Under the pieces are notes generated by a model. It saw nothing but the letters and a program-made list of their open reading frames with translations, had not been told where the DNA came from and ran no database searches. From NCBI GenBank assembly GCA_964016885.1, contig OZ024740.1:68634001-68698000 (forward strand): a DNA stretch of 64,000 nt. Direction: 5' to 3'. The position numbers and the translations under genes were made by a program. The stretch comes from Eledone cirrhosa. Taxonomy: Eukaryota. Shown in pieces: positions 14,568 to 31,790 of the stretch. Position 1 is the first letter of the stretch. The number at the start of each line of letters is the position of its first letter.

Positions 14568-16545
14568 TAAGATCAAAAGATGGTTAAAAGAGTTCCATGT
14601 ATTTTATTATGCGCATTTCAAAAACAAATATCATCATGCGATAACATTTGTGTTTTCGTCGGATAAAATAGGAACACATTTCATATATAGTCTATTTTTA
14701 GGGGTGTAGAATTGCTATTTAGGGTAGAAAGATAGGTAGTGTTAAGATTTGGTTGAAGGTTTGAAGCGTGAGAATTTCGCTTTCAGTTTATGCTGGCAAA
14801 AAATTGACCTTTCAATGTTGTTGTTGAGTAGTTGGTGGCTTGAGCTTAGGATATGGAAGAGCTCATTATTACACAATGGGCACGTTTTCATCCCACTCCT
14901 GTATGGAGGAGCATGTGAGAGTTTGGTCCATTTAAGTGTGTATTGTTGGTTACTTCCTTTTAAGTGCCAAATTTTGTCGGCGAGAGTCGTTACGTAACGG
15001 TGTTGGCGGTGTTTTATTGCGTAACGATGCGTGTACCAACGAGTTTTGAAGGTGTTTGCAGTGCTGCCTATGTAGTGCCAGGTTTGGTTGCCCGACTCAA
15101 CCGCGCACCTGTACACTAGGTTTGAATGCAAACATTCGTTATTCAATGGACAAGTCTCTGGAAGGTGGCAATTACAATTTCTGTTATGGGCAGTGGTAGA
15201 GTTATAGGTGGGCTGGGATGTGTGTGTGAGTGTGTTTTGTGCATACTGATTGTTAGTGGGTGGTTGTGTATTAGGTGTATTATTGTGTTGAGTGATTGGC
15301 GTGTGTGTTACGGAGTTTTTTGGCGTTGAGCATCTTAATGTTAGCGTCTAGGTTTGGTGCAGTGGAATAAGATAGTCTAATTGTTTTGGTATTAAGTATA
15401 CTACTATATTTATGTGAATTTGGTAAGTGTTTTTTTATAATTTTGTAGAATGTGGAAGGTAAGTTAGAGCTAATAGAAGAGTTAAAATAGGATTATACCA
15501 AATGTAAGATCTACTCAGTGTTCTGTTTTGCTTTGATGTTGCTGTTGTATTTGTGGTGTGGTTAGTATTAGGGGGTCTAGGTGTGTGTGTGCGGGTGTTT
15601 GTGGGACGTTTGGCGTGTCTGTGGTTATGTGTTTTATGGTTTTGTCGGTCCATGTATTCTAGTTTGTCGGTGTGGCCAGCCCGTTCTAATGCAGTGTTGT
15701 AGTAATCAGCGTGTTGATCGAATATTTGTTGGTTAGATGAGAGGCGGGATATTCTAAGTGATATGCTATGTGGCACGGACCTTATAATAGATAGTGGATG
15801 GTTAGAGCTAGTGTGGATGTAGGTGAGGTTCTCATTGTTTTTGTGATAATTTGGGTGTTGAGGTTGAAGGTGGCATCTAGGAAGTTAACTACTTTGGTAC
15901 TATATTCGTAGGTGATTTTAAGGCCAAGGCTATCTAGGGTTCTTCTAATGCTCTTACGGGTTCGCTCTATGTTTTATTTATTCATGTTTTTAACTAATAG
16001 GAGAGCGTCATCTCTATATATTCCGCCTTGAAGGTAACTAACTTTATTACGTAAGGTGTGGGCTATGTATATACCAACAATATCCGTAACTTGTGTTGAG
16101 TCATTAGCACCCATAGTTATGTCAAAGTTATCTATTCTATCCTTACGTATCCAAAAGTTATTTTCAAATTTAATTATCGTCTTTCTTGCTGCTAGGATAA
16201 TGTTTATTTCGTCGTCGGTTAAGTCAGAGTTGGCTTTCGCAAATTCTAGTGCCTTGTTTAGAGTATCGGGTGATATGGATGAGTAATAGTCATTAATGTC
16301 GAATTGTATAAAGTTAGAGGTATTTTTATTATCTATACTATTAAACCATTTAATTGTGTCGCTAGTATTGTCCCAAAGTTTAATAACTAGTTTATTCCTT
16401 AATTGTATTATTATTCTATCTAAAATATGCTTGCTAATTTTACCTATGTCTGACTTAGATGGGCATATTAATCTAATAGTTGGTTTATCTAGGAAATCTA
16501 ATTTGTGGTCCTTAAGATTAAAGGTGGGGGTGCAAGTTGTCATGG
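14568..16545 (-). mobile_element. Decayed Naiad-like Penelope element (RT and C-terminal GIY-YIG) with a 3' HHR-bearing terminus
   Basis: ORF 15974-16543 has KDHK..KPTIRLICPSKSDIGKISK, FDINDYYSSI, FDITMGAND and GIYRDD. ORF 15435-15776 is the thumb/linker region. ORF 14742-15146 has LVYRC..YIGSTANTFKTRW..CPLC..FCQHK. Frames are disrupted, and the 3' end abuts (TA)n. Confidence 0.88.
14600..14670 (-). ncRNA. Type I hammerhead with a 16-bp stem II, in the 3' end of the Naiad-like element
   Basis: ttttat CCGACGA aaacacaaatgttatc-gcat-gatgatatttgttttt GAAA tgcgca TA| ataaaa. Confidence 0.75.
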
Positions 16546-16681
16546 GCTCAGTTCATGGTCTTTCTTGATTGCCTATTATAATATAGTGTAGCAATAATGG
16601 ACTGAAATTCTGATGAAACAATTGTTAATTCGTGGATTAAATTCTTTTGTAACTGTTTACCTTCGTCCTATTTCTCTTCTT

Positions 16682-17847
<1,166 letters not shown>

Positions 17848-17957
17848 TTAAACTAGAAACGCTTCTACAGGACTAGAACTATTTAATTCGTAAGAAATCA
17901 TCAGGTAGCCCCCGATTGAACCTGGAATGACTTATATATGTATATGTATATATATAT

Positions 17958-19001
17958 AGTATAACTGAACAAAAGCGAAAAACGAACATAGACATATCCA
18001 TATATTTGTTCAAATCGTAAAGGACCAGAATAGCTAAGGTGAAACGAATACTAACTACAGACAATAGGGTTTGCTAGACTCAATTTAAGAATAAATCAAG
18101 AAAAATAAATACAAACCAGAATTGTGGTAACCTCCGATCACCCGGACAGTTTTGATAGTACTGTTTCGCAATAATATTTGTGAAGAGGAATACCAAAATC
18201 CTAGCTCATCAGCGAGTGAAGAATTCTTAGTATCCTGATCACTTCTAAATATAATAAAAAAACTGGATAGTGTGTGAGCCGAATATAGCAAAGGCATGTT
18301 AAAAGCTCAAAATAGTCTCATTACAGTTAATTAGCTCTAGGGAAGAGGTTTTTTCCGAGCCGTATAGTATAACTGATCAAAAAAGAAAAACGAACACAGA
18401 CATATACATATATGTGTTCAAATCGTAATGGACCAGAATCAATAAGGTGATCACTAAGGGTGATCGGTAGTTAACACAATTCAGGTTTTCATACATTCGG
18501 CTCTTAATTCTTAGAGCTAATTCAAATCTCGAGTAAACCCGGCTGCTATTTTAAGTGGCGTGAGTCTGCGAGACACGCTATGTTCGGGAACCATGTGCGT
18601 TACACACACTATCCAGTTTTTATATCATATTTAGAAGTGATCAGGATACTAATAATTCTTCACCCGCTGATGAGCTAGGATTCTGGTATTCCTTTTCACA
18701 AATAATATTGCGAACAGTACTATCAAAACTGTCCGGGTGATTGGTAGTTACCACAATTCTGGTGTGTATTTATTTTTCTTGATTCATTCTTAAATTGAGT
18801 CTAGCAAACCCTATTGTCTGTAGTTAGTATTCGTTTCACCTTAGCGATTCTGGTCCATTACGATTTGAACACATATATGTATATGTCTGTGTGCGGTCTT
18901 CCTTTTTGTTCAGTTATACTATACGGCTCGGAAAAGCTTCTTCCCTAGAGCTAATTTACTGCAATGAGACTATTTTGAGTTTCTAACTCAATACATGCCT
19001 T

Positions 19002-19002
<1 letters not shown>
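17958..19002. mobile_element. Tandem-plus-inverted ~408-bp unit with HHRs at 18138-18219 (-) and 18660-18740 (+)
   Basis: tcacccg CTGATGA gc..(38-nt domain)..gc GAAA cagt-actatcaaa-actg TC| cgggtga; the plus copy lacks one A. The unit restarts at 18366. The right arm 18603-19002 is an inverted, circularly permuted copy. Confidence 0.82.
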
Positions 19003-19047
<45 letters not shown>

Positions 19048-19059
19048 TATATATATATA

Positions 19060-21890
<2,831 letters not shown>

Positions 21891-24800
21891 ATGAATAGCT
21901 TATGTTAACTTATAGCCATTCTGTTGAGAGCTTTATTCGATTTGTGATGTTTTGTATTCTTGCAATAATATAAACAACTGAATTCATTCGCCTAAAATAT
22001 GGGTTTCCTCCCTTGCCGAGGTCCACGTGGTGTCGGTAACAGTAATTCCTTAAATTAGCACTCGAAATAAAACCTGTTGAAAAAGTGGCTTCCTTGTTCA
22101 ATCATCTTACCAGAAGCCTCACATTATTTATGTAAGCGGACAGTACTTGATTTAGGAGTCGCAGAAACCCAAATGCTGGATTTTACGAACCATCCAGGGG
22201 TCCGGGTAAATTTTCAATCACATATATTTTTATTTGTTTGACCCGAATAACTTGGTCGTTTTTTTTGGCTGTGCGGATGATTGTTTAACCATCGTCTCAG
22301 TGTGTTTGTCCTTTAACGTATGTTGTAGCTCTGGTTCATCTGAATCATTGAGCGCTTACCACACATCTCGGAAGTTGTTTTTCGTTAATTCTTAAGCCGA
22401 AATATGATTCTCACTAATTTATATTTATATATATATATATAAATATGGGAATTTTCCCAACCAGTTGGGAAGTGTTGCTTATAAAATGATTACAGGAGCA
22501 GGATTACAGTAAGGATTGTATACATAACTCCGTATTGGAAAACATAAGAAATACGTAAGTGTTTCAGATTTTAATTGTGAAAAATGTTATATGTGTTTTG
22601 AAGACTAAAACTGTATTCCAAAGTAATATAAATTTCCACTCTAACACGTGTTTCATTACTGACCTTTAAAATCATCAACAAGAGCTTCATAGGAATAGCT
22701 TTTCTATACACTCACCCGCATTGTTAGTATTCGGTAATTTTTCAGAGATTAATGAAATAATAAACATTTTTTTGAAATTTGTGTAGAAAGAGATGGAAGA
22801 CAAAATGAAGGGGAGAGTATCCAAATGGCATCAAGTGGTACTGCCGGAGTAATAAATGTGATTAACTGAGAGTAAATTATTCTATTGTTCCAAACAGACC
22901 ATTTTAGAAAATGGTAGTGTCTGTTGTCATGAAAAATGCTGAACATAAAATCCATTTGGATCTAGCTGTTTGATTAATTGTCTAAGAAAAGAAAATAGGT
23001 GAACTTTAGATATAAAAAAACATATTAAAATACTAGATTTTGTGCCAGTCTTTTTTGTTGTCAAAATCAACCAGTCAAAAGAGATGTAGTTCATAGGAAA
23101 ATGGAAATGGAGATGTACGATTTAATCCAAGGTTAGCATGGATTATATCTAGAGAAAGATTTCAAGTATTTATATTTACAATTGATTATACTGTCTTTTT
23201 TTCCGGCCATGATTCCCAACCCTTCCGTTGCAGAAAGATCACAATCCTTTCTTTCGCGTCGATATGGGTGAGTGAAGCGTAGAATCCAGCACGACAGCTC
23301 GGATTTCACTTCTTTTTGCTTTAAACCCCATATTGTTTTATCCAGTGCGGTAGATATGCAAAGCTTAGGAATTATAAAGTAACGGGTGTGAACGTATCAT
23401 CTTTTCCTTAGAAAGTTTGATGTGGCTTCCACATATTTGTATACCTCTAGGCTTTAAAAAAAAAATGTTTGCACTGGAAAACGCTATTATTATTGATACA
23501 TTTACCCGATAGGGGGAATCTATTGGATTGTCTGCTGTTTCATTGTACCAGTGCACGTCAGTTAAGGTATTTTTTCGTCCTGATATTAAGGATAACGATA
23601 GATGTGCTAGAGAGCTGCCAGTGGTATGTACATTTGATATTCTAGCCGTTATTTCTTAAATATTATTTGTTTGGTAGAGTGCTGTAAGACGAGAGGAAGA
23701 TATAATTGTGCCTTGCGTTGATGTCTCTGTATAATTATAATGGTTCGAATTGGGTTTATTGTTTATTCCTGCAATGAGAAGTTCTAAGTTAGTTGTAGTA
23801 AATTATGTGTCATACAGTGTTAATATTTAGGATCGTATTTTACCTATATGTTAGCGGAAAGTTTTTATCTAATAATTTAAAGTTCACACAGTTTGACATT
23901 GACTATTATTCATCTATTTCACCTGTTTGCTATGCGTAACTCCGACTTAACAAAGGATGACGTTGACATAAGTATAGCTGCTAGACACTCTGTCATAATG
24001 TTTGATAACGAATATGGACACGTAGGTTTAGGACTAATAATTTTGATATAACTATGGATTCCAGTAACACGGCCCAGGTTACAGATTTAGAATCTACATA
24101 CCACATCATTCCAAATTGATTTTGCTGCACTTCAGGATGAAATACATAGAGACTCTTTTATTGGTTAAGAATTCCAATGGTGAATAGTTAGAACGAAGAA
24201 GGAAATCTGTAAGATCTTTTTTTCAAAATATCATTTTGGCAATATTTTCGAAGATTCGAGCAGTCTTGTAAGGCAAAAGACATTAAATAATATCGGCATT
24301 TCAACTTCATAACTATCATTCCTAATTATTTTCGAGTTTATCAATACGTATATAATCATACACTTTCCGTTTTTGATCTTCGCTTCCGATGGAATCGAAA
24401 GTTTCATTTCATGTATCTGACAGATAAACTATGTCTACAGAGGAATGTAACAATATTTATGAATATAATTAATTCAATATGCGCTCTCAACATGCATACA
24501 AACACATATAGTAAAGTAGGGGCTTAAAATACCAATGTATTTAAATATTCAAACGTTAACTAAAAGAGCAGAATGAGCAGACTGTAATTTGTATTATACA
24601 GAAAGGTGACAGATTGCCTCGGAAACGTAACCTTTTTATATAATGCTCCTATCGGATGACATCACGTGACGGGTTAAGTAAAGTCAAGAAGCGAAGATGG
24701 TCAATAAAATAGTTAACACATCCTTATCAATAAAGGATTCTTTAACATCTACAACAAACTGCGCTTTTCCCCCATTCTTAATAAACTCCGTCGTCCTTAT

Positions 24801-26571
24801 TTGGAAGAAGTAACATGAAGTTGAATGCTTGAATTGATTTGCATCAATATATAACGTATATATATATATAAACAAAATTGTTATCTCTCTAAAATGGAGG
24901 ATATCTAAATGTATTCCGGAGTGAATAATAATAATTGTTTCTACTTTTGACACAAGGCCAGCAATTATCCCAGTGTATTACTGGTACTTTATTGTATCGA
25001 CCCCGTAAGGATGAAATGCAAATTTAACAATTGGCGATATTTGAAATCAGACAATAATACTATCATTAATATTCGGTTCTTTTACAAGCAAACAGCCGCA
25101 TAACACGATGTGTGATATGTATATGATGACGCTATCTTTCCATTCCAGCGGTTGCTGAGGGAAAACAGTCGACAGATGTTTCGGAGTTATTGTCCTTATC
25201 GAGTCTGTGTATATTTATCGCTGTTACCCACTGCATGGATCTGCTGAGAATACATAGTACTCTCAAAGGTATTTATCGGCTGAATAGGAAGAGGTTTATT
25301 TCGCAATGGTCGCGGCCAACTGCCTCCCGTTGTGATGGGAAGCCGGCTGCGTTAAGGATGGATCTGCTTGATGATGTCGTTCAATCGCCCCTACATGTCT
25401 TATTCCTTGTTGCCCTTTTACATCACTGATAACGGGCCTCGTGCACCAACTGAACAGAGTCTGATTTGTCATCTTGAGCCCAGTTTCCTTAATGGATTCA
25501 AATCTCCACCCTAATGTCTTTAGTCTTGCACACATACGCTCGTTCTTTCTTCCCTACCCCTAGCCACTTTCACACCAATCTCATCCACTGGGTGTATAAT
25601 GACCAGAAACACCTATTCTTACAGCTTATACGGAACAATAACACACGCACACACACCTCTACACTTAGATTCACAACCCTATACGGACCAACAACTAACA
25701 CACACACACACACACATTTACTTTCTCTCTAAAACTTATTCTAACATACACACACACACACATTTGCTTTCTCTCTAAAACTTACATATACACACACATA
25801 CTCTTAGCTTCGTACAGATAAATAACAAACACACAATAAAGCGTACACGCATGCGTACAACCCTATATATAAAACGGTTTTTTTTCTTTTCAATATGACA
25901 CGTTCGATCACTGAATTTTTAAAACAAGATCATCTAATACAAAACGAGTGCATCAACAGTTTTCCAAGAGATAGCGACGTGAATAGACCTGATTTTTGTA
26001 ATAACATTTTCTTTTCGTTTCTGCCCAGGGCCAGTGTTCTAAATTTTTCTATTTTTTCTTTCATTTCTCATTCTATTTTCTGATGAAAGACAAGCATCCG
26101 AATCGTTTAGATTCTTTTCCAACTATATTAAGCGCAAAATTAATAATATACTTTTCAATCTACTGTGTCGTTTGCTTTAATATTTCAGCTTGCCTTTCGC
26201 ATACACAAACATTCACCCCACCCCCCACCCCACCCACACACACATATATATATATATATACAAAGAGAGAGGGTGGGGAGAGAAATGGACATAAATATAT
26301 ATTTATACATATATATGCGTGTACGTTTGCGCGTCTTTTACAACTTTTATGATTCACGCTGTTTAGTGATTTCATATAGAGTTGATGTAATCATTTTTAT
26401 TAACGCTGATTTAATGCCTCGAATCTTCTCTTTTCCGGGGTGGGGGGAAGAATAGACATTTTACGGTTCATTTTTCATCGACTCAGAGCTAATGAAACGT
26501 ACGTACCTGATATTGGGCCGCTGTTGTAACTGGCCTTAATAATTACACACATATATATATAAATATACAAC

Positions 26572-26773
26572 AAAGAATATGTGCTAAGAAACCAGGGGCC
26601 CCATAATGCACCAGAGTTCGCGATACTTAGGGCAGTAGAGTTGGTAATAGGAAAAGAGTCAGGACCCCGACAGCTGAGCTCCGGCCGTTTCGACAGCTAG
26701 ATCCGAACGCGATCTAGCTGTCGAAGCGGCCGGAGCTCAGCCCTCAGCCATCGGGGTCCTGACTTTTTCCCTA
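26572..26773. mobile_element. GC-rich fold-back element (hairpin 26648-26773), with a related copy at 57360-57520
   Basis: agtcaggaccccga..gacagctagatc pairs with gatctagctgtc..tcggggtcctgact. The tail actctactgccctaagtatcg matches 57476-57497 in the opposite orientation. Confidence 0.72.
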
Positions 26774-26785
26774 TATATATATATA

Positions 26786-29455
26786 TGAAAAAGGTAAGCA
26801 GAAATAACAACCCAATCGGTACAGTATATGTAACGGATATATTAGGTTAAAGCTTGATATAGCAGGAAGAGGGCCTAAACGTTTTAGACGTTAGTACTTC
26901 ATCATACGAAAGAATGAGAAATAAGAAAGATTGAGGGGACGGGCGGGTTGGAATTAGAAAACATGTCTTTAGATAAAAATAACAAGTCTATTGATGTTGC
27001 CATCTCTTGCAAAACTTTTGATGCTGGCGTTCTGTGTTTGATTTATTTTTTAGAAAAGTGGATGATGGAGCGCCTCTACCTGAAATGGAAAATAAGCATT
27101 TTGTAAAAACAGCTATACTTGTGCACGTGAGTAAGCACGTGTGTGCGTGTGTGTGTGCGCGCCCGCGCGTGTTATTATACGTCCGTACGTAGCTAAGAAG
27201 AAATGTGCGCGTGGGTATATGTGAGTAAAAGAGTGTGTGTGCATGTAAGTACGAAGCTATGAGCAAAAGTATGTTAATATAAGGGAGTGTATGTTCGTAT
27301 ACAGAGCAGTGAAGGTAAAAGTGGAGCGAGCATACATATTATGCAAGAGATGTTAATGATCAAGAGAAAGAGATAGGAATCTAGGGGGGTGATAATGGAC
27401 GGGCTATTAAAGAAATTGGGGAGGTGAGTTGAGTCCAAGAGGGGAATAGGACCCAAGGTGGTGAATCAGACTTTGTTCAGTCCTGGTGCGCGTGGCCTGT
27501 AATCCTTGATGTACAAGGACACCCAGGACTGAAACATGTAGGGAAGAATGACCAGGAGAACAGAAATGATGGGCGACAGGAGTATCCAAACCGAGTCGTA
27601 TGTACCTCAAATGTCCGGCAAAACGGTCCGCCACACGGCGTCATTTGACCGATATATAAAGACCCGCAAAGGGAAAACCGGATGTGGATGTGCAGGTAGA
27701 GAAATGGCTCATTCGGAAAGACCCCTTAGGCCCTGTAAGAGTGGTCAAAGCGAGCGCGCTTAAAAGCAGTAATGGGTGCATTTGGAAAAATGCGAGAAGT
27801 GACGAGGTCAGGAACGGAGGATATGTCGCCGGAGTTGTTGGGTGATAGGGTGGTAGGTGAGTGGGAAAGGAACCCGGGTGTTGGGAGGGCGGGGGTTAGA
27901 GAAGCTCGGAATAGGGTGGAGCGATATCCACGCTAGACGAAGCAGGAAGTCATGCGAAGGGAATGGGTTTCGAAATCGTCGTCCTAGCTACAGAGTCGAC
28001 GAAGACGAAAGAATTGGAAATAGGGTATGGAGTGTATGGTGTGTGTTGGATGGGAGGAGGTGAAGTCGAGGTAAGATTGGGAGTTTGTTGGTTTAATGAA
28101 GATGGAAGTAGAGATGGTGTGGTGATAGTGATTAATAGATAGAGAGATATCCAGAAAAGCGACAGAAGAATCGGTGACGGAGGCGGTGAAATTGAGAGCA
28201 GCATGGAAAGATTGGACACAAGAGAGAAATCAGTTGAGCTGTTCTCGTGATAGAGAGGTGGCACCGATGCAACCATCGATATAACGGCCATATAGTTCAG
28301 GAGTCGGTCGAGCGTACTGGGAGAAGATCTGGACAATCACGTAGCCAACAAACAAGTTGGCATAGTTTGAATACATTCTGGTTCCCATCGCTACCCGAGG
28401 GACCTGCTGATAAAATTCACCCGAAAAAGAAAATACATTGAGAGTGAGAACAATCTCATCCAGACGGAGAGGTGTGGTTGTGCTGAGGTAAGGGGTAGGT
28501 CATAAATCTAAAACATATTGGAGAGCGAGGAGTCTGTCATCATCAGGGATGACGGTATAGAGAGAGGGGATGCCCAGAGTAGAGAGAAGACGGGGGGGCA
28601 GAATGGAAGGTTAAAGAGTTGAAAGGTCTAAGGGCATGAGTTGTATCGTGGATGTAGGAGGGGAGATTGCCGAGCAACGGAGCGAAGATGGTGTCTAAAT
28701 ATTCAGAAATTATCTCCATGGGGCAGTTGCACGCAGAAATGATAGGACGGCCGGGATTATTTTGTTTGTGTATTTTGAGGAGGAAGTAGATGGTGGGGGT
28801 GCGAGAGGTGCGTACAATAAGGTTGGTAGGTGTGGGGCGAGGAGAGAGGAGGAGATGAGCTCGTGGATGGTGGAGGACACGAGTTGCTGGTTGCCAGGAG
28901 TGGGGTCGGAGGATAAAGGGCGGTAAAAAGGGTATTGTGAAGTTGACGGAGAGCCTCAGCCCTATAGAGGACAGAGCTCAAAACCACCACAGCGCCACCT
29001 TTGTCAGCGAGTTTGATGACAATGTCATCGCGACGCCGAAGGTTGCGAAGAGCGGAGAGCACAGTCCCCGTGATGTTAGAGCGACGAGAACGCTGGGGGA
29101 AATGGAACCGATTCACAGTATGCCGGCAAGTATCGACAAAGGAGTTGAGGGTGCTGAACTGGCGTCCAATGTGATTGCCGGCGACTGAGACGAGTGAAGT
29201 CATCCATCTGTGATGATGATGATGGCGTGTCGTGAAAAAAAGGTTTCCGCTTTAATCGACGGAAGAACCCTTCAATCTCGGCACGTGTGCGGAACTAGTC
29301 GCAGGTAGATGTGGTAGGTGTAAAACGCAAACCACAGGCGAGGAGGGAGCGCTCAGCTTCAGAGAGTTGTAGGTCCTAGGGTATGGAGACTACAGTGCAG
29401 GGACGTGAGGGAGTGAAATAGGCGGAGGCGGAGGGGTTAAGGTGGTTGGCAAAGC
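26786..29455 (-). mobile_element. Near full-length decayed Penelope-like element (RT and GIY-YIG)
   Basis: Minus-strand frames read DDIVIKLADKGGAVVVL, NPGRPIISACNCP, VAMGTRM and GRYIDG (catalytic DD mutated), then LYIGQ..ADRFAGHL..PVAHHF..SPLGLN. The 3' terminus with an HHR-like tgatgaag..gtctaaaacgtt ends at a TA tract. Confidence 0.88.
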
Positions 29456-29469
29456 GCGTGCAGATTCAA

Positions 29470-29926
29470 TGATATATATCATAAGTCAATTGCATGAACT
29501 CATAATCCTTTATTTATTGCTATATATATTTCGATGATAGCCATTGAATGGCTATGACCTCATCAGGCAGTTAGTCAGCTCTTAGATATGCCAGCTCTGT
29601 GTTTATAGTGTTGATGGTATCAGAGCCTTGGGACATATGAGCTTGTTAGGAATAATTTAATGTTGTCAGCAGGATTAGTCTTAATTCTCATTGGTCAGTT
29701 TGTAGATGCTAATAGGGTTGGTATTTGACCTCAAAGAGGCAGGTGGTGTTGTAAAGTTCAAACCGTCAGGCAAGATGACAATAGTTCCATATGACTGATT
29801 TTCACAAAAACCATTCCTGGTCAGATATATATTCAATTAAGGTTAATAGCATGAAATAGATACTACATGTCATTCTTAAATTGAGGAATGTATGTGGAGT
29901 GGTGCTACTGAAAATTATGGTTAGAG
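29470..29926 (-). mobile_element. PLE 3' remnant with a hammerhead at 29516-29571
   Basis: tgc CTGATGA ggtcatagcca-ttcaa-tggctatcatc GAAA tatata TA| gca. An upstream LPDGLN-like remnant resembles PLE endonuclease C-termini. Confidence 0.65.
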
Positions 29927-30180
29927 TATATATATATATAAAATATATATATATATATAAAATATATATATATATATGAAATATATATATATATATAAAA
30001 TATATATATATATATAAAATATATACACATATAAAACATACATACATATATATATATATAAAATACATATATATATATAAAATATATACATATATATATA
30101 TATATATAAAATACACATATATACACATATAAAATACATATATATATACATATAATACATATATATATATATATATATAT

Positions 30181-31200
30181 AAAATCATGTTCAATAAAAC
30201 GTGGTTTTGATGACTCCTAACCAGTAGAGTATCCGGTGGACCATCCACCATAGGGACCACAAACTATGTGTAGTTGTTGTTGTCCATTGGTCATTTGTAC
30301 GGGGTGTAGGGGACCTACAGAGGGAGGGCGTTGTGGGAGGCCTTAACCGGGGTTTATCCATATAGCTTGAGGAGAGTTCCCGTCCTTACCTGCCTGCAGG
30401 CACCGAATAAGTCGGCCCTTCTGTTTAATAGATGGGTTCCGCCATGAAGTATCTCGATTGGCTCACTAAGACAGAGGTTGCAAATACCAGACCCGCATCT
30501 GTTTGGGGGAACATTTCTAACCACGGACCAGCCCAGAGAGTGCGGGGTCTTTTCAAGTTTGAGCTTCTAGATCAATTCGGAAAGGGCCGTACAATTCCTC
30601 TTATCTATTCTGTTAAAGGTATGGCGATCGATAGTTATACCACCGATCTTTGAATCTCATCGCTGAGGATCCTATGTAGTGATGCACCTGGAGACTACAT
30701 TTTTCGTCATGCATTCATTACTGAGGGGGCATAGTGATGGGTCTCTGCAATTACATGACTTGTTAAGCCCCGCCACATGTACCGCGTGGTTACCATCACT
30801 CGGGGTTGGCTGGGTAGCCTCCGGAATCAGCACAGGGTCGTTGGGTTCCGGTGTGCTAGTCGAACCTGTTCGGGGTCCGGTGCATCCCGCGTGCTGGTTC
30901 TGTTGGGTGGCTCCGTGGTTCACGGTGGTATTAGAGGCAGTGAGCCTATTACTATTTATGCCAGCTATGTGCTGGGCTACGGAGCGTGTGGTTGAGTAGG
31001 AAAGTTTCACCGTGTGCCTGTTGAATATTTTATGGTACTTTTGGGCCCTAGGGAAACATTTATCCAGTACTCTAAAGAATGTTCTAGCCAGGCTGGTATG
31101 TAGACTCACCGAGTATGGAGGGTTATACCATGTGACCTTCCTGGTCCTATTCTTGCGGGGTTGTTAGGTGTCCGCCGTGGTCCATCGCGGGGTTGTGCAC
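30181..31200 (-). mobile_element. 3' fragment of a second Naiad-like PLE (GIY-YIG domain)
   Basis: VTWYNPPYS, HKIFNRHTVKLSYS and CNCRDPSLCPLSNEC, then in shifted frames YIGSSAMRFKDRW, CNLCLSE and LLNRRADLFGACRQ, with a stop at 30354. The 3' end abuts a TA-rich tract. Confidence 0.85.
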
Positions 31201-31589
31201 AGCTCAGGTCGAGCTCGGTTGGTGTCACTCAGGTGTGCGGAGCGGTCACTATGGTTTATGTGCGTGTGTGTACATATAAAAAATCGACTGGTTTTCCCTT
31301 GAAGTTCGGGAGATCACAATTATTCAGATTAATTATTACATCAAGGGTATACATAATTTATTTCAAATATATACATGCATTTCTTCAAAGTTTTGAAATA
31401 GTATTGAGTTTACTTTTCATCCACTGCTGATATATCGTGAAAATAAACACCATGTCGATTCAATCGATAATATACACCTCCTCTATTATAAACTTTGTAG
31501 TCTTATCCTGACGTAACAAATCATTATTATATTTCTACTGCGGCTGCTACTAGTAATACTATTACTGCTTTTACTCTTGCTGTCAGCAG

Positions 31590-31790
<201 letters not shown>

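Noticed and set aside
16607-16631. aattCTGATGAAACaattgttaatt as a hammerhead (related half-motifs at ~2140-2250)
   Set aside because: Stem II is absent or interrupted; at best a dead remnant.
25140-25520. GC-richer island, possibly a LINE remnant (similar islands at ~42.6-42.9, 49.9-50.2 and 62.8-63.3 kb)
   Set aside because: No diagnostic motif could be read with confidence; left unclassified.
30200-30262. HHR in the 3' end of the second Naiad-like fragment
   Set aside because: Only a ggtgga/tccacc stem is present; both core boxes are too degenerate.
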